From Octopus sinensis (lineage: Eukaryota), in NCBI RefSeq assembly GCF_006345805.1, contig NC_043017.1, positions 5,890,001 to 5,954,000 on the forward strand: 64,000 nt of DNA. The letters are read 5' to 3'. The notes beneath the pieces were generated by a model. It did no database searches and was not told the DNA's origin. It saw nothing but the letters and a program-made list of their open reading frames with translations. How positions within the stretch are numbered: the stretch's first letter is position 1; each line of letters begins with the position of its first letter. The position numbers and the translations under genes are program-made. Below are positions 53,978 to 64,000 of this stretch, in pieces.

Positions 53978-54580
53978 AGGAGTCTGGCGGAATCGTTAGC
54001 ACGCCGGGCGAAATGCATAGCTGTATTTCGTCTGCCGTTACATTCTGAGTTCAAATTCCGCCGAGGTCGACTTTGCCTTTCATCCTTTCGGGGTCGATAA
54101 ATTAAGTACCAGTTACGCCCTGGGGTCGATGTAATCGACTTAAATCCGTGTGTCTGTCCTTGTTTGCCCCCTCTGTGGGCAGTAAAGAAATATGTATTTC
54201 GTCTCTTGTTACGTTCTGTGCTCAAATTCCACCGAGGCTGACTTTCATCTTTCCGAGATCGATAAAATAAGTACTAGCTGAACACTGGGGTTGAAGTAAT
54301 CTATCGACTTAACAACCTCAAATTCAATTTGCAAAAGGTTCGCTTAATATTTCTTGCTTCTTTAGGGCTGGCAGAATCGTTAGCCCGTCGGGCCAAATGC
54401 TTAGCGGCATTTCGTCGGTCCTTATGTTCTGAGTTCACATTCCGCCGAGGTCAATTTTGCCTTTCATCCTTTTGTAGTAGATAAAAAAATAAGTACCACT
54501 TGGACAATGAGGTCGATTGATCATTGATTTTATTTCCTTTCCCAGAATTGCTGGCTTTGTTCCAAAATTTGAAATCAATA
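53978..54580 (+). mobile_element. Cluster of SINE family A copies including a tandem junction
   Basis: Junction gaaatatgtatttc at 54187-54200. Further head at ~54365. Confidence 0.85.
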
Positions 54581-55989
54581 TTCTTTACATCCTCCCATTA
54601 TACCTTTCCCCTTAAAGACACAGGAATTGCTACGTCACATGTTAAATAAATAAATAACAGAAGTAATGTACCAGTAATGTAATGGCGTCAGTCATATCGC
54701 TATCAACTCCGTTTTTACTGCCAAAAACCAAAAGATTAATGAAAGAATATACAATAGTAAATAAAAAAAGAATTGTATCTAGAAATGTTTTAAGTCCTTG
54801 GCAGTATTTTTACTGTCATTATAGGTACCAATAACTTACTAGTCAAGTCATAATACTAACTATTAGAGCTACCAAAACCTAATAGAAATTCCGTTGCTAA
54901 GTAACTAATTGTGTGAAAATGTTTATATTTTATTTGTCGTATAACTAATTTAGTGTTTTTTTTCTGTAATCCCAAGCTGGTACAGCATAGAACGTGCTGA
55001 ATAGAGATGTGCAGTGTATTCAGAGAGCCTAAATGATTAACAAGAGTGAGAAATTTCTAAACTAAAATTATGTTTGTAGTTATTGATATAAATAATTTGG
55101 ACAACATGGCATCAACAGATTCTGAGATGGTAGAGTGGACACAGAAAATTCTGGTATCAATAAGCTTTGAGATGTTACGTTGGATATAGGTCCTAGCATC
55201 AACAGTAATGGAGATACTAAAGTGGATATTGTATTTTATCTCGCTCAAACTACCTGAGATTCCTGAGCCAATGTAAACACAGAGTTTCCTGTCATTAACA
55301 GCTTCTGAGGTATTACAATGGACGGTGATATTCAATTAGGGACTCAACTAGAGCGGACACTGATGTTCTAGCATCAGTAATTTTATAATACCATCGTTGG
55401 CAATCTCTCTCAAAGCTGATGCTAAAACAGCCAATCAAGAAAACAAATCTGATAACAACAATGGAAAAAGACAGTGTCTCAACGCTTCGGATATTAGTCC
55501 TTCATCACAAGTAAAGAAAGAAGTATAGAAGGAGCAAGAAAGAGAACTACTCAGCGTCTACGGCAGGAAACTTTTAATTGGGGCTGACAAAGATCTGACA
55601 TGTTATATGTTGTTGTTTTCCCCCCAAAGTGGTCGTAATCAAAGTCATTACTGCTGTGTCTTATGTGCGATGCATACACAAAATGTACATAGATTTAATT
55701 AGTTATTTTTCTTCAATTAAGTGTGGCTTAAAGTCGCAATATACTTTAACTATCCATTTATTGAACGGATTGCAAGTAACTGTTATATAGATTACTAATT
55801 TTGATTACATGGATTATATTCCTTATACGGATTATATATAATGGGCATAACCAATTTTGAAACAATTCTCGTTAATAACTATTTTATTACGTGTCAAAAT
55901 CATTAAAAACAAGAACATGCACAGATACCCCAATAAATCTATAAACTAATATGAAATCACGTGTCTTCTGACTTTCTTTTAGTTATTCA

Positions 55990-56700
55990 GTGTTCAGGGT
56001 AAACTATAAGTTTTTTGCACCAAGAATTATCAATATTGACCTATTTATTTTCCCAACATCCTAGAAGCTATTTCTAGCTAAATTTTTTTCCAGCATCTAC
56101 GTACCCATATCCATCCAAATATTTTTTATGGGATTAAAATCTGGACTCTTTCCGATGAATGTTTCTCTGACTATTTTTGTTGTTTTTATGGAATTGGAAG
56201 GTGTAATGCCTTGTTGAAAATAACTTCTCTGATTTGATTTTTCCTGCAAGAAAAGGTTTAAAATTGCAATCAAAGATAGATATTTTTCATGGATAACATA
56301 TCTACCCAGTACAAAATTCATATTCTAACCATCTTCTAATAGACTGGTCCCTTTGAAAACAATCTTGTTTTCAACAGTACTAACAGTACTCCTAGGACTA
56401 CCGGATCCTTTAATTCTTGCAGGAGAACCTATTTTCTGAAAGCGTAGGTCTATCCTCTTTATTTTAGACAGATATTTTTCTCCAGTATTTTCCATATTTC
56501 AGAATATTTTGTGTCTACTTCACAAAGAATCGTAATTTTAAATTTATTACCTACACCAGCATGGCGTTTCTTTTTCTTTGAAGGTATATCTAACATAAAA
56601 GAAACATGACTTAATCCAGCTACCCCAGTTATAATTAGAGATATTTACGCACAATGTTTGATTTAAACATTTCCATTTATGAGAAACCTAAAAATACATT
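55990..56700 (-). mobile_element. Decayed, internally deleted Tc1-like transposase
   Basis: FQKIGSPARIKGSGSPRST (cf. FRETGSV.D.PRSGRPR) and YFQQGITP..GKSPDFNPIKNIW (cf. FQQDNAP..SPDLNPIENLW). Confidence 0.7.
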
Positions 56701-57246
56701 TATCGACATTTTAAAGATTGTTTTTTAGAACACTATATTATCCAGAAAAATTCAGCACAACTCTATCATCCAAACTCTTTACATACAATTTTAATCTCTT
56801 TTATCATGCCTGAAGTATTGTTCCTTAACAACAAAAGATTAAAAACTGGAAATTTTCAGTTTCATTTCTCTTCATAAAACTTCATATGCAACATTTTAAA
56901 ACCTGTTTTTATCCTTAAAATGCTATAAAAATGTATGGGAGGAAAGAATGGAAGTATTCCGAGCAAAATGCGCCATTCAAATTGAAAGAAAAATTTCAAC
57001 GTTGCTATACAACATATTTACACAAGCATTTGTTTCTCCCTGGAGTGTAAACATACATTATATGGATTAAAGATATATAATCTTTCTGAAAAAAAAAAGA
57101 TTCTTCCTTTTAAGACAACATACTTGTTGAGAATTCCCGGTGATTATGTCGAAGATATGTATAAGACGAAATAGGCGTTTATGCTGTCTGTAGCGGGAAA
57201 TGGAGACTAAGAATTTCTCTTTCCATCTGTGGAATATCTGATCTCC

Positions 57247-57254
<8 letters not shown>

Positions 57255-57300
<46 letters not shown>

Positions 57301-57510
57301 ATAATCGGAGTGTGTGTGTCTGTGTGTGTATGTGCGTGTGTGTATGTGCGTGTGTGTGTGTGTATGTATATATATATATGCATATATATATATGTATATA
57401 AATGTATATATATATATATGTATATATATATAGTATATATATATATATATTATATGTATATATATATATGTATATATATATGTATATATATATGTATATA
57501 TTCTTATGTA

Positions 57511-57543
<33 letters not shown>

Positions 57544-57560
57544 GTGTGTGTGTGTGTGTA

Positions 57561-57595
<35 letters not shown>

Positions 57596-57666
57596 GTGTA
57601 TATGTATGTATATATATGTGTATATATCTATATATATGTATATGTATGTATATATATGTGTATATA

Positions 57667-57707
<41 letters not shown>

Positions 57708-57972
57708 ATATATATAATATATATATATATAATATATATTATATATATATATATATATGTTATAATCGGAGTGTGTGTGTCTGTGTGTGTATGTGCGTGT
57801 GTGTATGTGCGTGTGTGTGTGTGTATGTATATATATATGCATATATATATATGTATATATTCTTATGTATATATATATATATATTATATATATATATGTA
57901 TATATATATATATTATATGTATATATATATATGTATATATATATGTATATATATATATGTTATATTCTTATG

Positions 57973-58009
<37 letters not shown>

Positions 58010-58128
58010 ATATATATATATAATATATATATATATATGTGTATATGTATGTATATATATGTGTATATATCTATATATATGTATATGTATGTATATATAT
58101 GTGTGTATATATATATATATATATTATA

Positions 58129-58161
<33 letters not shown>

Positions 58162-58190
58162 TCATACATACATATATATGTATGTATCTT
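57255..58190. repeat. (TA)n/(TG)n field with a ~461-bp tandem duplication
   Basis: ttataatcggagtgtgtgtgtctgtg at 57299 and 57760. Confidence 0.9.
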
Positions 58191-59079
58191 CCCGCTTGCC
58201 TTTTGTATCCACCCTCCTTGTCCTTCTCTCTCACCCCCTCTCCTCTCTCTCTCTCTCTCTTCTTCTTTCACTTACTCTTACTCTTACTCCCGTCATTTGA
58301 TTCCGAAGGAATGCCGAAATGATAAATCTATGTTGACGGATGAAATTGATCAGGCTCTTATAAGATGTCACTGCTGCCGCCGCCGCCCCGCCCCTCCGCC
58401 TCCGCTGCTACTGCTGCTGCTATTGATGCTGTTACTAATGCTGTTGCTGTAGTTGGTGCTGTTACTGCTGCTGCTGCTGCTGTTGCTGCAGGTGAGGCAC
58501 CGGTTGATGCAATCATTAATGCATTTGTTACTACTGTGTTGTTGTTGTTGTTGTTGTAACACACGCACAGACGCACACTCACACACACACACACACGCAC
58601 ATACACACAGAAACACACACACAGACACACACACATACGCGGAGACGCAGGCATGCATATTCATTATATGCGAAAGTGGAAGATAATGGAAAGCGAGGTG
58701 TGTCGAACAAAATGCCTTATAGTATTTAGTATTTAGTTATGTAATCTATCTTTCATTGCTCCAGGTCAATAATATAAAGTAACGGTCAAGTATTGGCTTC
58801 GATCCAATCGATTCTGCCTTTCCTGGAAACGTGTAGTCTTCCACCAGCGCTAGAAATCCTTATATACGCGCATGTGTGTCGGCGTGTGTGTTTGTATATC
58901 TTAATACACACACTGGTGAGCTAAAAGTCACGCACAAAATAAGTTCACTACACTCCGGAATTGTCAAAGACATGCTTCAATTTTTCTATAATTGAAGAAA
59001 ATTAACATTATAATGACGTCTATACACGTTCTTGTATAGGATTATCAAAATGAATAACAACAACACAATAATAATAATA

Positions 59080-59312
59080 TCTATTTCTTTACTACCCACA
59101 AAGGGCTAAACACAGAGGAGACAAACAAGGACAGACAAACGAATTAAGTCGATTACATCGACCCCAGTGCGTAACTGGTACTTAATTTATCGACCCCGAA
59201 AGGATGAAAGGTAAAGACGACCTCGGTGGAATTTGAACTCAGAACGCAGCGGCGGAAGAATTACCGCAAAGCATTTCGCCCGGCGTGCTAACGTTTCAGC
59301 CAGCTCGCCGCC
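59080..59312 (-). mobile_element. SINE family A
   Basis: Full head (..gccagctcgccgcc) and tail (tatttctttactacccac). Confidence 0.9.
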
Positions 59313-59363
59313 TAATAATAGTAATATTAATATCGCCACGATAAAGTGTGTGTGTGTGTGTGT

Positions 59364-59900
59364 GTCTTCATTGGCTCTTATGGGATACATACCAATATGA
59401 AGTAACAGAGAATTGGTATGATCATGTACCAAGTAAAGTTATGCAGGAGAATGGAAAAGTAACGACACTCTGGGACGATGATTATTTTCAGACGGATCGT
59501 GTAATCGAACACCGTCGGCCGGATATTGTCATATTGAATAAGAGAGACAAATACTGTCAGATCATTGATGTAGCCATACTAAATGATATGAATGTTGTGA
59601 GTAAAGAGGTTGAAAAAATCACCAAGTACTCCGAACTGAAAGTGGAAATGGCAAAAGTATATGGAATGCGAGAGGGTAATGTAAGAGTGATACTAGTGGT
59701 TATTGGAGCATTGGGCTCATTCCCATTGAAACTTCAAGACTTCTTAAGGCAACTGGAAACAACATGCAAGATTGTTGTCTTGCAAAAAGCAGCCTTATTG
59801 GACACAGCGCGCATCTTAAGGATGTCTGAGGTCCTTGTTGTGACTTGACAGATGACTCCGGTGCATTTTTACCTGCACTGTGTTACGAAAGAATAATAAC
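59364..59900 (+). mobile_element. R4/Dong-clade RLE endonuclease fragment, still in one open frame
   Basis: LHW..WYDHVPSKVMQE..TLWD..TDRVIEHRRPDIVIL..IIDVAI..EKITKYSEL..VVIGALG..LQKAALLDTARILR. Starts at a (GT)n tract. Confidence 0.9.
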
Positions 59901-60029
59901 AATAATGATATTAATAATAATCATTTCTACTAAAGGCATAAGGCCTGAAATTTGGGAGTTGGGTAGGTCGTTTACATCGACCCCAGTCCATCACTGGTCC
60001 TTCAGTTATCGATCCCGAAAGTTTAATCA

Positions 60030-60750
60030 AAGAGTTGCCCTCACTTCTGAGCCTTACCTGAGTAGAATCATCACAAGTGAGGAAAAGTGGATTCTCTATT
60101 CACATATCCAACGAAAACAACAATGGTTAGCATCAAATGAAAGAGGAAAGTTCCTAAAATAGGATCACACCCGAAAAATGTTATGTGTTTGGTGCGAGAT
60201 GATGGGCGACGTCTTTCTATCGTAAAGTATTAAACCAAAATGAAACATTTAATGCAGGAATGGATTGTCATCAACTGGAAATATTGCACAAAAATTTATA
60301 GGAAAAGCGCCCGTTGTTGGTCAATCGTAAAGAGATGTTGCTCCTTCACGATAATGCCATATTGTCCAAGTCAATACACATATTGACCAAGTCACACAGG
60401 AAAAAACTATGACTCTAAATATGGAAGCTATTATGCCTCGTTTTCTTTTCTCCCTTCATCTTGCTCCATCTGACCATCTGACCATCATCTCTTTAGTTTA
60501 TTGCAAGATTATTTAGATCGAAATCAGTTCATTAATTGGGAATAGGTTAAAAATGATATTTAGTGTTTCTTTGCTTCAAAATCTGAAGAATTTTACGCCT
60601 GAGTGATCGACAATTTGGTAAATAGATGAGACCGTGTCATGAATAATGAGAGCAAATATCTTAATTGGATATATCATTTAAAAATCACCGAAGCATTTGT
60701 TTCTTTCCCATCTATCTTGAAATGCGGCAGGCCTTCTTTCCCACGTAATA
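60030..60750 (+). mobile_element. Decayed mariner transposase 3' half with right end
   Basis: YLSRIITSEEKWILY..KQQW; KMLCVW; LLLHDNA; LAPSDHHLF..LQDYL..FFASKSEEFY. Ends ...cccacgtaata, like mariner TIR + TA. Confidence 0.85.
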
Positions 60751-60770
60751 CACACACACACACACACTCA

Positions 60771-60809
<39 letters not shown>

Positions 60810-61092
60810 ACACACACACACACCACACACACACATTCCCCTGGATTCCTCTTACGGCCACTCTTTTATTCTGCAATCTTAGTCCTCGGTAAAGATTGTA
60901 AGTTCTGATCATTTGAACGCTACTAATTATTTTCTATATTGAGCATCTCTGGATTTCATCTAATGTATGTATGTATGTATGTATGTATGTATGTATGTAT
61001 GTATGTATGTATGTATGTATGTATGTATGTATGTATGTATGTATGTATGTATATGTGTGTGTGTAAGCATGTATGTAAGTGTATGTATGTAA

Positions 61093-61503
61093 GTGGCTGT
61101 GTGGTAAAGGAGTTTGCATCCCGACAACATGGTTCCGGGTTCAGTCCCACTGCGAGGCACTTTGAGCAAGTGCCTTCCAATATTGCCTCGGGCCGACCAA
61201 AGCCTCGTGAGTAGATTTGGTAGACGGAAACTGAAAAAAAGCCCATCGTATATATGTGTGCGTGTGTGTATGTGGGTGTGTGTTTGTCTGTGTGTATTTA
61301 GGTATGTGTCTCTGTGTCTGTGTTTGTTCCCACCCACCCACCATCGCTTGACAACCGATGCTAGTGTGTTTACGTCCCCGTAACTTAGCAGTTCGGCAAA
61401 AGAGACTGATAGAATAAGTACCCGGCTTGCAAAGAAGTCCTAGGGTCGAATTCTTCGACTAAAAAGGCAGTGCTCCAGTATGACTGAAAGGAGTAAGAGA
61501 ATA
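61093..61503 (+). mobile_element. SINE family B, full length (tRNA head + CORE-like cactttgagcaagtg + internal (TG)n)
   Basis: gtggctgtgtggtaagg (A-box region), ggttcagtccc (B-box-like). Further partial copies at ~3050-3302(-), 14105-14262(-), 17025-17215(-), 18880-18992(+), 27580-27800(-), 51745-51900(+), 62635-62835(+) and 62885-63060(+). Confidence 0.9.
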
Positions 61504-62384
61504 AATGAATATATGTATGTATGTATGTATGTAGTATGTATGTATGTATGTATGTATGTATGTATGTATGTATGTATGTATGTGTGTATGTATGTATGTA
61601 TGTATGTATGTCTGTATGTATGTATGAATGTATGTATGTATGTATGTATGCATGTATGTATGTATGTATGTGTGTATGTATGTATGTATGTATGTCTGTA
61701 TGTATGTATGTATGTATGTATGTATGTATGCATGTATGTATGTCTGTATGTATGTGTGTATGTATGTATGTATGTATGCATGTATGAATGTATGCATCGA
61801 TGTGTGTACGTATGCATGTATGGATGAATTAGAGGCAGAGGGATAGAAGAATTAAGGAGGGGCGAGAAAAAAATGAAAGGGACAGAGAGAAGTGAAAGAG
61901 GTGGGAAGGTGAGCATGAAGAGAAGGCCAGGAAATGTGAGAGAGAGGTAACGAAAGAACGAAGAGTGGAATGAAAGAAGTGTGAAGGAGCAGATAGAAAG
62001 AAGGAAAGAATAGAAATAACAATAGAGTCGTACAAAATTTATATATATGTATATATATAATAATAAATATTAGGGAATAAATCCAAATTTACAGGGAAAA
62101 ATCAGATTTAGGACTGAATCCAATTTTATAGTAAAATATTATATAATATTAATTAGAGACAAAACCACTATTATGCAAATCAAACAAAGAAAGACTTAAT
62201 CCAATAATCTAAAATATTATGTATATATATATATATGTAATGTATATATATTATGTATATATATATATATGTAATGTTATATATACATATATATATATAT
62301 ATATATAATATATATATATATATATTTTTATTTATAGAAGGAGCTTCTACAGGACTAGAACTGTTTCATTCAAGAGAAATCTTC

Positions 62385-62440
62385 AGGAGCTTCCTGAAGA
62401 TTTCTCTTGAATGAAACATTCTAGTCCTGTAGAAGCTCCT
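62385..62440 (+). ncRNA. Type I hammerhead ribozyme fold within a pLTR-like palindrome
   Basis: Stem I aggagcttc (62385-93)/gaagctcct (62432-40). Core CTGAAGA 62394-400. Stem II ttc-tctt-gaa with U.U at the base. GAAA 62413-16. Stem III aca/tgt. GUA cleavage triplet ending at 62431. Confidence 0.7.
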
Positions 62441-62542
62441 TCTATATAATAAATTAATTTTACTCTGCTATGTATTGAGTACCTTATTTACTGTGGTTAC
62501 CCCGAATCAACCCGGGCCTAATATATATATATATGATATGTA

Positions 62543-62578
<36 letters not shown>

Positions 62579-63294
62579 ATATGTATATATATGTTTAAAT
62601 ACATTACAAATATATGTATGTAGATGTCCATGTGTGTGTGTTTTTATGTCTGTGTTTGTCCTCCATCACCGCTTGACCACCGGTATTGATGTGTTAGGTC
62701 CCCGCAAACTAGCGGTTCAGCAAAGAGACACCGATCGAATAAGTACCAGGCTTTAAAAAAATAAGTCCTGGGGTCGACTTGTTTGACTAAAAAACCTTTA
62801 AGGTGGTGCCCCAGAATGGCTACAATCCAATGACTGAAACAAGTGAAAGACTAAAAAAGTAAAAAAAAATGTGTGTGTGTGTGTATGTGTTTACGTTCCC
62901 GTAAACTAGCGGTTCAGCAAAGGAGACCGATCAAGTAAGTATCAGGTTTAATAGAAAAAAAAACAAAAATAAAAAAAGGAAAATAACCACCGGGGTCGAT
63001 TCTTCCATCCTTCGAGACGGTACCCCAGACTGGCGCTGTTTAACGAGTTAAAAAATAAAAAGAATAATTAAAAAGATCAACAGCTACAGCAACGCCATCA
63101 ACATCATCAGCAGCAACAACGACAACAACAACAGTGAAACGATCATCAACGACTACAGCAGACGTCTGTATCTTAATTCTACGTTGGCATTACACCAAAA
63201 TGTCTGTTGACTTTGTTAGCGGTTCGATTGGGAAACTCGAGGACACTGAATACTTGAAGCGATTGCTCTACCATCCTCACATCTAGACTGGTTC

Positions 63295-64000
63295 CATGTG
63301 TATGTATGTATGTATGTATGAATGTGTGTTGTGTATGTATGTATGTATGTATGTATGTATGTATGTATGTGTGTGTGTGTATGTATGTATGTATGTATGT
63401 ATGTGTGTATGTATGTATGTACGCATGTATGTGTGTATGTATGTATGTTTGTATGTATGTATGTATGTATGTATGTAAGTATGTATGTATGTATGAGTGT
63501 ATGTATGTATGTATGTGTGTATGTATGTATGTATGTGTGTATGTTTGTGTGTATGTATGTATGTATGTATGTATGTATGTGTGTATGTATGTATGTATGT
63601 ATGTATTTATGTATGTATGTATGTATGTATGTATTATGTATGTATGTATGTAGTATGTATGTATGTATGTATGCATGTATGTATGAATGTATTTGTTTGC
63701 GTGTATGCATGTCTGTCAGTCTGTATGTATGTGTGTATGTATGTATGTATGTATACATGCATGTATGTATGTAGTATGTATGCATACATGTGTGTGTTTC
63801 ATGCATGCACATATGTATGTGTGTGTATGTATGCATGTATGTATGTGTGTGTGTATGTATGTATGTGTGTATATCTGCATCTGTGTATGTTTGTGTATGT
63901 ATGCTTGTATGTATGTATGTATGTGTGTATATCTGCATCTGTGTATGTTTGTGTATGTATGCTTGTATGTATGTATGTATGTGTGTGTATGTACGTATGT
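63295..64000. repeat. (TATG)n array running to the window end
   Basis: Direct inspection. Confidence 0.95.

Noticed and set aside
63179-63295. Peptide resembling an RLE-LINE C-terminus (..RTANKVNRHF)
   Set aside because: Too short and too divergent to support.

Overview
Eukaryotic, extremely microsatellite- and retroposon-rich DNA. The SINE families and repeat landscape look like Octopus; this is inferred from the repeats and was not checked by search. Nearly all ORFs in the supplied track are microsatellite artefacts. One protein-coding gene is supportable, and the ORF track misses most of it: a + strand Ly6/uPAR (LU, three-finger) protein with a probable GPI-anchor tail. It has a 102-nt phase-0 exon at 11401-11502 and a terminal exon at 37969-38214, separated by a ~26.5 kb intron; its signal-peptide exon was not securely found. 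The rest is at least four tRNA-derived SINE families, many truncated R4/Dong-type (RLE endonuclease) LINE pieces sitting in (AAT)n and other microsatellites, Tx1/L1 and RTE remnants, a Penelope GIY-YIG remnant, decayed Tc1 and mariner transposases, and MITEs. The most striking unexplained structure is a set of four unrelated head-to-head palindromes (24.6, 49.2, 50.9 and 62.3 kb). Each has its symmetry axis just 5' of a hammerhead-ribozyme-like fold, and the one at 62385-62440 is a near-canonical type I hammerhead. Other notable items are an RTE insertion with the full geometry of twin-priming 5' inversion plus a TSD (17654-18142), SINE concatemers with a recurrent fixed junction, and a ~380-bp-arm inverted repeat (31251-32653). 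All alignments and folds were done by eye, and repeat boundaries are approximate.
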